Shown: positions 36,401 through 50,073, counted from the stretch's first letter. The stretch: DNA of 64,000 bases from Octopus sinensis (GCF_006345805.1 NC_042998.1:83948001-84012000); one strand, 5' to 3'. Made by a program: numbers and translations. The notes: generated by a model from the sequence alone, not told the origin.

Positions 36401-37063
36401 GGGGAAAATATTTTGTTCTGCGTTACAAATTTGGCAGGAGTTTTGAACACTGACGATTTGTCAAGAGTGACTGAAAATTAAACCTGTTTTGGTAACTACG
36501 TTTTGATACTGGATGCGCGCGCGCACAGAAATATGCAAATACAGAGAGAAACAGAGAACGATATCACACATATATACAAAGATAACTAGATGTTCGCACA
36601 CATAAACAGTGGAACAGAAAGAGGGAGACGAAGAGAATGAGAGAAACATTAAAATGTCAAGCAAGTCAGCGTTAAATTAGCGGCGCCAATTAGACGTACC
36701 AAAACGTCTCATATATTGTTTGAATCTTGTTTCTCTGTTCGTTGTTGTCGTCAATTGTTCTTTGTCAGGGCTTGTGTTTATGTATGTCTGCGCAAGTGCA
36801 TGAGTGTATGTGGAGTATTATAGGCTTATTTATATTTGGATGTTTACTATTCGATGCATTTGGATGTCATCGTTTTTATCAGTGTCTATGAAATACGAGA
36901 CATTCTCCCAAAAACAAATTTATCTTTTAATGAAAGTCTTCATCTAATGAAAAAGGAAACATGCTTAAAGAGAACGGTACACGTGCTTTACGAACATATA
37001 GCCCTTAATTAGATAAACAGATAAATTCAGTAACTAGCAAATTTCCCCATAAACCACTAGAAA

Positions 37064-37357
37064 TCTTTATATATAAAAGTGAAGTTATGTGTCTGTCTCC
37101 TACGATTTAGATTCCTAACTACTCCCACATTTTGCGGTGCAGTTTAACCAAAACCGGGTATCTTATAGTCGTGATTCATATCGAGCCCTTCTGGGTATTA
37201 TCGCGCGTCTACGATGAGTCAACGATTTAAAAAAAAAATTACCATCATTTTTTTCCATTTTAATGCATTTTTTGCTATTTTTTGGCTATAACTCTCTAAA
37301 AATGCTTATATAGTTATTTCCCTTACAAACCCGAGCAACGCCGGGCGATACTGCTAG
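37064..37357 (+). mobile_element. Non-autonomous mini-Helitron, 294 bp
   Basis: 5' TCTTTATATATAAAAG follows an A. The 3' hairpin CCCGAGCAACGCCGGG is followed by CTAG and then T. No TSD. Confidence 0.8.
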
Positions 37358-37634
37358 TAAAGGTTAAAAGAATATGCAAATACATAAAACAACTCCCTAG
37401 CCAAAATATTCAATGAAAATAAACATTAGGAACCTAACAAGTACAACCAAATACGAAACACAAAAATACCAGCCAACCAACGGATGCAAAAGAAAAACTA
37501 CTCGACAGACAAAAGCGGTGTTACACCAACATTGAAATATATAGGTTCTCACCGAAAACAGTTGCAGCGCGAGACGCATGCTGCGACATTAATATTCTGC
37601 TTAAATAAACCATCTGCGTACATGCAGGCGTATG

Positions 37635-37693
<59 letters not shown>

Positions 37694-37702
37694 TATATAT
37701 TA

Positions 37703-37772
<70 letters not shown>

Positions 37773-37915
37773 CATATATATATATAGCAATTAAGGACAA
37801 CTACTTAATAAGGAAAACTTAACAAGAAATTGTCAGGTAGATAGCGTGAAAGACCTCATAAGAGAAAAAATTTCGAAAATAATTATTTCTTATTGAACAT
37901 ATTAATTTATATATA

Positions 37916-38371
37916 GAGGGCATTATACATACATGCCAGAGGGCATTATACATACATGCCACACGCTAAGAGGGACAATTAGTCATTTCTACCAAAAATT
38001 TTACTAATCCCACCGAATGCAATTTTTCAAAGTAAGACATTTAAAAATATCCTTTCCCGAAATGCAATTCGTAAAAGTCTGCCATTTACCGGATGTAATA
38101 TATGTAAACTCACCCATGTGCTTCGTTGATGTTGACCAGTTAGCTGCTCGGCTTAAGCGAGGCAAGGTCGTTTATTTATGATACGTCCAGGCTTGCTGAT
38201 GAATACAGAGGTATGAAATCACAGTGATACAAGTCTATATTTTTAAATGTCTTACTTTGAAAAATTGCATTCGGTGGGATTAGTAAAATTTTTGGTAGAA
38301 ATGACTAATTGTCCCTCTTAGCGTGTGGCATGTATGTATAATGCCCTCTGGCATGTATGTATAATGCCCTC
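37916..38371. mobile_element. MITE-like element with perfect 135-bp TIRs
   Basis: 37916-38050 is the exact reverse complement of 38237-38371. Termini are GAGGG..CCCTC, with TATA on both sides. Confidence 0.85.
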
Positions 38372-38380
38372 TATATATAA

Positions 38381-38494
<114 letters not shown>

Positions 38495-38532
38495 ATATAT
38501 ATATTATATAATAAAAGGTTATAATTATCGGG

Positions 38533-39129
38533 ATGTGGTTTTGAGCAACTTGTTGCAATTAACCCTTTATTATAATTAATATAATCCTTACCAAATACGG
38601 TCTTTTCCATACCGATAAAACTACTAGGTGAAATTTATTAATTTTATTAAATTAATTATATTTCCCCCTTTTTGTATATTGTACGCTATTACTCCCATAC
38701 AATAAATCTGCGAAACTTCGTTTCGTTGATAATGTTTTTGCAACTCACGTGGTAATTTTGGAGGGAGATACGAATTCGCCTGTCTATATAAATGTAGAGA
38801 TGCTGACAGACCATTAGATCGTTCGATGACGCCTGATCGAGCCGATGTAGTGGGTGGGTTTTTTTCCCTAGCATTTCTAGATTTATTGGAAATATTATAT
38901 TGACAAGGAAATGAACCTCTGGTTCTAATCCAGAAACGATTTCGTCTATAATTAATCCAAATAGGCTGGGATTTCGTTATTTTCTTTCTCTTTACCATAT
39001 ACGGGTTGCAAATTATGTTTGTGGAGACTTTTTTACTAGTAGGAGAAATGGTGACCTATTTGGCTGCCATTTCTAATATTTTCGGTATGTGGTTTTGAGC
39101 AACTTGTCGCAATTAACCCTTTATTATAA

Positions 39130-39135
<6 letters not shown>
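38533..39135 (-). mobile_element. Decayed Penelope-like GIY-YIG fragment between ~48-bp direct repeats
   Basis: ATGTGGTTTTGAGCAACTTGT.GCAATTAACCCTTT occurs at 38533 and 39087. Minus frames give NIIFPINLEMLGKK/THYIGS and VWE..RT..YKKG. Confidence 0.45.
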
Positions 39136-39217
<82 letters not shown>

Positions 39218-40229
39218 TTTTGTGTGAGTGTGTGTGTACTGCAGTAGATTGTAAGTTAATTCAGCAGGCGTATTATTCTAGGGTTTCTGGGGAAATAGTT
39301 CTTTAACAATATTCTACCGTGGCAACAATCAGAGACAACTATGAAAGAACGAGACACACTACATAAACAAGGAACAGCATATCATCAGCTGCCGTATATA
39401 CATATAGATATATATATATATATAAATATTTGTGCATATAAGCATATACATACGTATATATGGATATATACATGTACCGAGGGACCTTTTTAATTTCTTA
39501 TAGGTTATTCTTTACTTATTGAGTAGCCATCTTTAGAAGAGGGAAATAGGTTTTTCCACTGAAGTGGCTAAAATTTTTATGCGCATATTATTAAATGTAA
39601 ATTCATTTAATATTTTGTATGACTCATATCTATAAACAATTCATTTCTACCTTCATGCGTCGTCATTATAGAGCAATCAATATTCAGTTCATTGTGATAG
39701 AGGAGAAGCATAATCCTTAAAGTTTGTCCATTTTAAATCATGTATAGAGGACACCAAATGCAACGACTGTTACAACTGCAATACTATTCATCCATTATAA
39801 GTCCAAATCAAAGCGCATTTCTACACATACCCGTTGCATATAAAGAAAATACTTTTATAAGATGCATGGATACGATAATATCTTTGTTACCGTCAAAGCC
39901 TCAGACCGTAATGTTGGTAACTTGTGGATAAAAGAAACTATTCTAGTCAAAGACAACATCTAAATATTAACCTGAATGAATATCAATTGCTACTATAAAC
40001 AATATGTATCATACTGACCGAATTCCTCCTCAAACACATGTCACGCCATCAGGATATTGATAGTTCTCATAACACAACCCACAAATCCAAAATCTATACC
40101 TCCAACATATGTGATAATTGTAATATGACGAGTTTGACACGCTAACACAATGTATTTTTTTAAAGCCATTGTATCGGTATTAATTAAGTATCACGACTAA
40201 TCAAATATTACTAGGATAACATTACAATA

Positions 40230-43115
40230 TCTCCTTTATTGTTATCTATAAAAGGTAGGGGGGTGTACGTGATTGTAATTTATGCACGTCCACAAATTAG
40301 CACGCATGTCGCTCCAGTTTTTGGAGGACATTCGTCACAATCCTAGCTGTATTTTCATCAAATTATTTTTCCCGAGGCACCCGCGTATAGAGGTAAAAAT
40401 CGATTTTCAACCATAACTTTTACCAATTTTGAAGTTTGCTAACATGAGTTAAGTCCCTTCTTGCCAAAGCAAAATGAAAATGTGTGTGTGTGTGTGAGGA
40501 AGAGAGAGGAGTTGTGTGTTGATGTATGTGTGAGTGTGTGTGTGAGGAAGAGGATTTGATAGCGTCTAGCAAAAAAGTAAAGACAAAGTGTATGTGAGGG
40601 AGAGAGGGTAAGTGACAGCGTTCACCAAAAATAAAAATGTAAAATGTTTTTTTCTTAAACACGAGATATAGTCTTCAAATTTAGGATGTTTTTGAAAGAC
40701 ACTATATTTTATAATCAGAATATAGAGATTATATATACTTTCTCACACAATTAAAATATATTTATTTTAAATCACTTATTTATCTATTTTAAATCGTTCA
40801 TCTTTGTACCCCACCTCTCTCTCACACACACATTACTTTGGGCGCGAATGAGTTTTGTTTTTCTTTTACGCCGAGGAAAAAAGCGTTTTGTTGAGAAACC
40901 ATTTATTAACAACAAAGAAACAAAGATGTAGGTAACAATTTGTCAGTGAATTACACAATATAAATGGGTAAAATTTCCGAGGCTTCCACCACACCCCACC
41001 CCGTTTCTCGGACCACAAAAAGGGTTTTGTAGCATATTAGGAGGCCAGGGTAGTTGATTACACGCAAAAAATCCGATTTTTTTTTCTTAGTGAAAATCGT
41101 GCGAGTGTTATCTAAAATTTTGCCTGGAGTTTTTCATGGTAAAAAAATGTTTTCAAAATCGTGCGAGTGTTAATCTAAAAATTTACCAACGTTTGTTCCA
41201 GTCATTTCTGTTTATAAAATTTTCAGTACGCAATTTTGCTTTCTCGGTGGTCAAGGCAAATGATGACTGGCAAAGCAACAGTGCCCTAATGCTGACATTG
41301 GATACAATGACCTGATCTACAATAATGCGCTGATTGAAATCGAGGATGCCCTGCTCAAAATGGGTGGGACGGCGTTGAACACATTCGGTTTGCCATCCTC
41401 TTTGCGACAGGACGTGAACACACTCCCACCAAAGTACTTCTGGAGTTGTCATATGACGCTGATGGCTTTGCGGAGTACCTGAGAATAAATGAACCGAAAT
41501 TGCTCCCCGATCAGAGCCTGGTGTACGAAACTGTCGTCAGTGCCGTTGAAAAGCAGGCGGGCGGTGTTTTTTTCCTCGATGCTCCTGGAGGTGCCGGTAA
41601 ATCCTTTGTAACACAATTAATACTTGCTAAGATTCGTTGCGAGAAACAAATTGCGCTAGCCGTTGCTTCTTCGAGAATCGCTGCTACATTATTGCTGGGA
41701 GGTAGGACGGCGCACTCGGCATTCAAGCTGACTTTAGATTTAGTGAGGGCCGAGGTTCCTACTTGCATCATTGGAAAAAAATTCAAAGGAAGCTGAAGTT
41801 CTTAGTGCCATCTCATTGTATGGGACGAATGCCCAATGACCAATAAGGGTGCTCTTCATGCACTGGACCGGTCACTGAAAGGTATCAGGGATTCTACGGC
41901 TTCTATGGGTAGTGTAGCTCTATTGCTTTCAGGATATTTCCGGCAAACCCTTCCAGGCATCCCTAAAGGGAGCCGGGCTGATGAAGTGCGTGCATGCCTT
42001 AAGTCATCCACGTTGTGGTTCCAGGTTAAGACCTTAAGCCTAAGCAGAAACATGCGTGCGCACTTGCTTGGTGATAGCATGTCTGCAGCATTTAGCCCTT
42101 GGAGAAGGCAAGGTCCCTAGGAATGATAGGGGCGACATATCCATCTCCGAACTGTGCAACACCATGGACAACCCTTCCGATCTTTTGGAAACAGTGTTCT
42201 CCAATCTGGAAAGTAACTATGCAGACATCAATTGGCTCAGTGAAAGAACCATCCTGGGCCCCAAAAACGTAGCTATCAGTGCTATCAAAGACCAGCTCAT
42301 AAGCCGAATTCCGGGTGAGGGGCGTATCTACAAATCGATTGACCGGACCTCTGACATTGTCAGTTACTCTATCGAGTTTCTCAATTCACTGGAGCCAGCA
42401 GGGCTTCCACCTCACATTCTTAGGCTAAGAGTTGGATGTCCAATTATGCTAATCAGAAACTTGCTTCTGCCTAAACAGTGCAACGGGACCCGCTTAGTAA
42501 TCAAGTCCCTGACACCCCACTTCATTGAGGCCACCATTGTTACAGGGTGCGGGAGGGGTGAAAATGTTTTCATTTCAAGGATGCAGCTTTATCCCTCGGA
42601 GTCAGACATGCCGTTTAACTTCCGCAGATCGCTGTTCCCGGTGAAACCGTGCTTCGCCATGTCCATCAACAAATCCCAAGGCCAAACACTATCGGTAGCA
42701 GGCATCCATTTGGAGTTTTCCATTCAATCAGGATAAAAAAAAATTGATAAACCGATTCCTTATAGGATTTCCCACTAAAATTGGCAACACCCCATTTTCA
42801 ACCATAACTTTTACCAATTTTCACATATTTTGCTCAAACTTGATGCCAGCATTACTTAGGATTAATGGAATCTCTGGATGCTTTAAGTTCTCAAAAAAAA
42901 AAAACAATCGATGAGTGGAAATAATCGATAAACTGACTCCTTATGGGATTTCCCAATCAAAGTGCCTGCAAACCCATTACCAGTCAAACGTTTACCAATT
43001 TCAACGGATTTCGCTCAAATTTCATGTCAGTGTCACTTATTTTGGTTTGAAATAAAGTGCTTGATGATTTAATAATCCTAACTTAATCTCGGGCAACGCC
43101 GGGTTATACTGCTAG
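40230..43115 (+). mobile_element. Helitron deletion derivative, about 2.9 kb
   Basis: The 5' TC follows an A, at 40230 or 40245. The 3' hairpin CTCGGGCAACGCCGGG is followed by CTAG|T at 43112-43116. A helicase fragment lies inside. Confidence 0.75.
41300..42730 (+). pseudogene. PIF1-family (Helitron RepHel) helicase domain, frameshifted, no Rep domain
   Basis: FFLDAPGGAGKSF (Walker A), ALAVASSRIAATLLLGGRTAHSAFK, IVWDECPM, GYFRQTLP, LRVGCPIMLIRNL..CNGTRL and FAMSINKSQGQTL. Confidence 0.92.
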
Positions 43116-43326
43116 TGTTTTATATTTAATGATCTCTCTCTTCATTATTATTGCTTTCTATAACATACTGGTTTTTCTTTGTTCATACACACGCACACAC
43201 ATAAACATGCGAATAAAGACAGACAGATAGATAGACAGAGAGACAGACAAATATATAGACAGGTACATAGCATAGATATGTATGCATGTGTGTGTACATT
43301 AAATATGTGTGCATTATTATAGCCGC

Positions 43327-43390
<64 letters not shown>

Positions 43391-43605
43391 AACAAATGAG
43401 GGAGTACATTTAAAGTAATGCAAAAGCGGGCATAACTTCTTAATTAGCATAGATCGCTCAAATTGTTGATGTAGGTACTTCCTATATCATTCTTTATATT
43501 AAAAGCATAAGGGTTGAGGTTCGGCGGGAGCAGAACTCTTCCACTTTTTCACTTTCATTATAGCCAAATAATGGGTTCCAAGTGGAAGCAGCGTGCCATC
43601 TTTGG

Positions 43606-43671
<66 letters not shown>

Positions 43672-43853
43672 CTAATAAGTCATTATGATGTAACAATGTT
43701 TTAACATTTTCTATTTCTTCTTCACTTCTGGTGTCTTCGAAATTTGCTCTGAAAATATAATTCTCCATCTGAAAAGATCTGTCCTCAATTAAACAGACAC
43801 ACTCATATTAACACGTGTATACATATTCAAGCACACAGACATACTCTTACTTA

Positions 43854-43902
<49 letters not shown>

Positions 43903-44009
43903 ACATACATCGAATGCTGAAGCCTGGAAAGTGAACAAAAATATTTCATACAAAAACAGTTTAATGTTCTTTAATTTATTTCTTTTCTATCCCGCACTGC
44001 AAAACTCTT

Positions 44010-44090
<81 letters not shown>

Positions 44091-44279
44091 TTATCTCTCT
44101 GTATGTATGTATGTGTGTGTATATATATATATATATATTTATGAGAAACGTTTTGTATATGCAAATAAAGCTCCTCTTCTTTTATGCCAGCAACAGTCTA
44201 ATGATGTTGACTGGTACAGCATCCAGTTGTACCGATATAATGTGGAATAAATATAATAGTAACAATAATGCTAGGATTG

Positions 44280-44514
44280 AATTTATAAACATTTAATGCA
44301 TCACTACGCGCGTTTCCACAAATCACTTGACTTCTAGGATCACAGTCCCTATTCCTGAGATGATTACAGTGAAGTTCGTAGTATCCGTGGGCATCAGCCC
44401 GATGCCCACAGATACTACGAACTGCATTGTAATCACCCCAGAAATATAGACTGTGATCTTAAGAGACATGTGATTTGTGGAAACACGCATAATGATGCAT
44501 TGAATGTTTAAATT
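44280..44514. repeat. Long hairpin/palindromic element, about 115-bp arms and 5-nt loop
   Basis: GTTCGTAGTATCCGTGGGCATC-agccc-GATGCCCACAGATACTACGAAC. The arms extend to AAACATTTAATGCATCA and TGATGCATTGAATGTTT. Confidence 0.85.
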
Positions 44515-45174
44515 CCAAGGAATATTATCATTATTATATATACATTACACACACTCGCACACACACATAGTGATATGGCTATGTCTGCGACCGTAGGGTG
44601 TGACACTCAACAACTGGTTCAGGAACATCCAGCGGTGCAGATGTATCTCGTCGGGTGATAAATAAATACAATTCGTTACAATAACTGTTCCGAGATGTTT
44701 TATAGAAAGAAAAGCAGCCAGACGGAAGAAATATCTTCATTTATATAGATCAAAAATGAAATCACAGATGGCAAAAAGAGAAACGAACACGCAATCCAGC
44801 GAGAAAAGTATAAAACATAACCCTTAGCAAATATTCCCGTATAATCTATCTTCCGTCTTTCATTTGCCATATACATAACGGTCGCTGTGAATGTGACTGA
44901 GCTTTACCAGTAAGCTATCAGGTGTAAACCATTCGTTTTGTTATCCATGATATATATATATATTTGTATCAGTCATTTGACTGCGGCTATGCTGGAGCAC
45001 CACCTTTAGTCAAAGAAATCAACCCCAGGATTAATTATTCTCTGTAAGCCTAGTACTTATTTTATGGGCGTATTTTGCCGAACAGCAAAGTTACGGGGAC
45101 ATAAACACACCAACATCGGTTGTCAAGCGATGGTGGTAGGGACAAACACAGACACACAAGCATATACATATATA

Positions 45175-45669
45175 CAGTCGTCCTCAAAATTATTCATACC
45201 CTTGTTAATTCTTGTGAATTTATATTTTTGTAGTGAAATAAATGCATTTTGTCAAGTTTGTTTATGTGTTATATGTGACCAACAAATGAAAGTATAACAA
45301 TATACAATTCAAGAAATTCTCGAAAGGAAGAGTGGGCCAACATCTCACAGGAGACGTGCATGAAGCTTGTGAACACGTACAAGAAACGTCTAGAAGCAAT
45401 CATAAAAAACAAAGGTCTATGCTATTAAAGAAAGGCTATGCTATTAAAGAAAGATATTGGACTCGGTAAATCTAGGGTAGGAATACTTTTGAACATGGCA
45501 TTTTTTTTTTAATCCATGACCAAAACACACCAGAAATGAAGAATTTCTTGAATTGTGTATTTTCATAATTTCATTTGTTGGTCACATATAACTCATTAAC
45601 AAACTTGACAAAATGCATTCATTTCATCACAGAAACTAACAAGGGTATGAATAATTTTGAGGACGACTG
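45175..45669 (+). mobile_element. Tc1 deletion derivative with ~125-bp TIRs
   Basis: TA|CAGTCGTCCTCAAAATTATTCATACCCTTG ... CAAGGGTATGAATAATTTTGAGGACGACTG|TG. The interior encodes EEWANISQETCMKLVNTYKKRLEAIIKNKG, a Tc1 C-terminus. Confidence 0.85.
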
Positions 45670-45699
45670 TGTGTATATATATATATACATACTCTTTTC

Positions 45700-45919
45700 T
45701 CTTTTCACTCTTTTATTTGTTTCAGTCATTTGACTGCGGCCATGCTGGAGCACCGCCTTTAATCGAGCAACTCGACCCCGGGACTTATTCTTTTGTAAGC
45801 CCAGTACTTATTCTATCGGTCTCTTTTGCCGAACCGCTAATTTACGGGGACATAAACAAGCAATGCTAGGGGGACAAACACAGACACACAAACACACACA
45901 CACGCATATATATATATAT

Positions 45920-45957
<38 letters not shown>

Positions 45958-46290
45958 TATATATATACGACGGGCTTCTATCAGTTTCCGTCTACCAAAT
46001 CCACTCACAAGGCTTTGGTCGGCCCGAGGCTATAGTAGAAGACACTTGCCCAAGGTGCCACGCAGTGGGACTGAACCCAGAACCATGTGGCTGGTAAACA
46101 AGCTACTTACCACACAGCCACTCCTGCGCCTATATATACATATATATACGACGGGCTTCTTTCAGTTTTCGTCTACAAAATTCACCTACAAGGCTTTGGT
46201 CGGCCCAAGATTACAGCAAAAGACATTTGCCCAAAGTTCGACGCCGCGGGACTGAACCAGGAACCATGTGGTTGGGAAGTAAACTTCTTG
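45700..46290 (-). mobile_element. SINE family B, one full copy plus a tandem 5' half
   Basis: Same tail, core and head as 10075-10442. A second head-core unit lies at about 46140-46290. Confidence 0.8.
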
Positions 46291-46346
46291 CCACACACCC
46301 ATATATATGAATACATACATACAACGCGCACACACACACACACCAC

Positions 46347-46378
<32 letters not shown>

Positions 46379-46412
46379 GCATATATGCCTATATTATGTA
46401 TATGCGTGTGTG

Positions 46413-46487
<75 letters not shown>

Positions 46488-47178
46488 TCACATACACACA
46501 CGCATATACATACATACAGACACATAAATACGCACACACATATATGTGACCAACACACATACAATCATGTTTCTTTTTTTCTTTCCAATATTTACACGAA
46601 CTAACCGACAGGGATGGGCTGTGTTGTCGACCAAACTATTAAAGATCACTTTAGTGAATATTCAAATACCTACATGGTCCTATATAAATAAAGAATAATG
46701 TATATACATGTGTTTATTAATAGTTTTAGTACTCTATATTATTGATCTCTCTACACGGCTTCTGAAAGTAATGAAGTGAACTGGGTGAGTTATCGATACA
46801 AGTCAGTTTGGTTTTAATAGATTAAGTAAAACAAACACAAGCGGAATATGTTCACACTGTGTTCGATATCCACTTGAATATTTTAGAGATGTCTGTGTTT
46901 TTGAGTTGTTTTACCGGTGGTGAGTTTTGAACCAACAAAACTAGAGCACAAATGCATTCAAGTCAAGATTATTAGGTATTTGGGAGAGGAGGCTATGTAA
47001 AACTTTGTTACGTAATATAGGCGCGCATAAACGTTTTAGAATTAGGTTTAATTGTGTGTGATTAAGAAGCTGTAGGTGAGAATCTGCGCTGAGAACAACA
47101 AAGCATCTTTGATTATATATACATATATATATATGTATGTATGTATGTGTTTATGTATGTATGAGTGTGTGTGTGTGT

Positions 47179-47210
<32 letters not shown>

Positions 47211-47309
47211 AGCAAATCCCCCAAAAAGAAAAACAAACACAAAAAGAACAACAACGCGAGGACGTGGTACATGTAAAGTATTAGCAAACGCTTAGGGAAG
47301 GAAAGATGG

Positions 47310-47342
47310 TTTAACGTTTCGAGCAACGCTCTTCTTCAGAAA
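47310..47342 (-). ncRNA. Minimal hammerhead-like motif, canonical core
   Basis: Minus strand TTT | CTGAAGA A | GAGC-gtt-GCTC | GAAAC GTT | AAA. Stem I has only 3 bp in this copy. Confidence 0.5.
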
Positions 47343-47570
47343 TAGAGGGAAGTCCAATAGAAAGGAAGAAAATCGCGAACAGAGGAATAAAATCGCCAAC
47401 GATTCCCATGTGGTTACATTTTGTATGTGTGTGTGTGCGTGTGTAATAGAGAGAAAGTGTATTGTGATAAACACAAGTTTATATCCTTTGTTCCTGACGT
47501 ACGTTTTATTATTGTAGTTATCTGCAACCCTTCGTTGGCTGTTCAAAGTACAAATGGATACCGAATTACA

Positions 47571-47670
<100 letters not shown>

Positions 47671-50073
47671 CTTAGATTAAATAGCTGTTCCGTCTTAAGG
47701 ATTTCATGTAACATTTGAGAGACACTGACAACGGCATGTTTTGAATTTAAATATGCTGATATTTCAACACAAGCACTGTGGTTCTCCAATCCTGATTTAA
47801 TGCATCTCATCTTTAAGAAAGTAGCGTGCTTTGAGAAAAATTTTACTGTCATTTCTCGCTGTTCAGGAGACCAGGTAGAATGGCATGTGTCCGATTGAAC
47901 TTCTATGGAGTTTGAAAAACAAGTGTGTCTGGAGAGGACTTTCTTTTTTGCTATATTGGTGATCAATATAGAGAAGAAGTGGGCAGATGTTAATATCGAA
48001 TTTGATAGATCAGATAAAGAAGTTTGGTCAATTTTATTCTTTATATCTATTTTTCCCTTGTGTTTCTGTTTTTTACCTATAATTTATGATATTGATACAA
48101 AGGTGATTCTGTGTCTCGTATTTATTTTGTTTCCCTCATGTTCTGAGTTCAAGCCCCATCGGGAACCACAGAACACTTTGCATTTCATTCAGCAGATGTC
48201 AACAAAAACAAATACCTCGAAAATATTGAGATTAATTCATTCAATTTTTACAAAACTTCTTCCCGCCTCCAGAATATTAGGACATACACCAATCAAAGAA
48301 ATTATCCAGATATTAACGGGGCTGTAATTTTAACATCCCACCCGGTTTAACATATCTGTATGGTCCTTGTATTTTTAGAGCAACTCACTTTGTTTAGTAC
48401 ATTCGAACTAGCTACTTCTATTCTTTCCTCACCCTCCTTTTTCTATTGACCATTGAGCAGCAAACATATTCTATGAAAGAGGCTTTTCAACCAGTACAAC
48501 TGTCCGAAGTTCTGAGAATCAAGAAGAGGTTCTTCAATATCTGATAGGTCTTTCACACACAAAGATAAACTTCAGAGTCCCTTTAAATTTTCAGAGCCAC
48601 TCTAGCCTCTGAGATGCTCGAAAGTTGTCGTGTTCCGCTTTAGAAATTTTTAAAAGGCGGAATAAGATTGATGCTTGTGGTGGATAACTGTCGCTTCTAG
48701 CTCACGTGTCCGGGAAAACATTCAAAGTTAAGAGAAACTACGTTTCCTCCCTTTTAAAGAAACAGTTCATGAAAGATATTGAGAGAGTTAATTGTGGTTA
48801 TGTACTAAGTGTCTTTCTGTATTTCGTCTCAACAATCTCAATCCACCAAAATTCAAGTCAACTCGTCAATAAAGGCATCTCCAACTACGTGCTGAGTGCT
48901 ACTTCCGTTCGCTTGTTCACTCTCTCGTGTGTACGTGTGTGTATGTATGTGTGTGTGTGTGCGCGCGTGTGTGTGTACATAAAATATAGAGAGTGTAGGG
49001 AGAAAACGTAAAAGGATGATTTGAGTGATTAAGGTTATCAGTCTCTAGCATATAAATGGCTTGTATAGGGAACACAGATGACTCGATAACTGACCAATAA
49101 ATTTATTAATAAGTGCATTACTGTTCGTCTTATATCGAGATTAGATAGAAAATTCAGATAAGAGGGCAGGTACTATACAACTTCATTTCAAAAACAACAA
49201 AGGTTGATTATAATGCAATAATCAAATGTGTAAATATATGCGATAGAAAAGTTCGTTGAGAACTACAATTGTTTCAAAAGCAAATGGGATGTCTGTTATA
49301 TAACATCACGAATGTCCTGTGATTGTCAGGTGTGTTTTTTCGTCACGTACATTAGACCTTTTTAGTTGACCATAATATGTCACAGAAGACTAGGCTGACA
49401 TTGAAGAGTTTATGCGTATGTGTGTATGCATGGGTGTATATGTGTGTACTTGTAGAGTTCCTTGCTATATTTGAGAAGACATCTAAATTGGACGGGGGAT
49501 TAAACCAAGTTATTTATCTTGTGAACGATTTCATATCAACGAGTCTGCAGGTTTGGCGCTGAGTAAAAACTGTTCGTTATGTAGCGCAGCTTCCCAAGTA
49601 TTGCAGGTCGCATTTTTGCCTGAACATCTGTAACACGGCTTTATGTGAACCACTTCATGAGGCAAGGACCGTGAGTGTTGGTTGCAAGAGGGATATGGTG
49701 GAGAATGACTAAGAGAATGGTTTCAGTGAAGTGTCTATTTTTGATAGGTTGCATGCGAAATACTTTGCAGAGAACTTGTGAAGCCTCGTGTTGGTTTGGC
49801 AAAGGTGGGGATGGTAAGTTTTTTGGAGCGTCCGTGTGTCGTACAGAAATACGTAGGGCGGGGGATGAAACACGTTGACGTACAGAGTTGAGGATTGCAG
49901 AGGTTTCAGTTTCTACACCAGTTTCATCTATACGAGTTTGGTGTGAGAATGAAGACGTCATTGAGATTTTCAAAGATAGGTGGTCCTTGATGAAAGAAGA
50001 GGTGTAAATGTAGTGCTTTCAGTAACTGGGGAAAGGAGACGGAGACTACTGGGTGAAGCAGAGGAAGAGATGC

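Noticed and set aside
39700-40150. Possible further GIY-YIG remnant (NLWIKETILV)
   Set aside because: Only one short motif is recognisable, too degraded to support a feature call.
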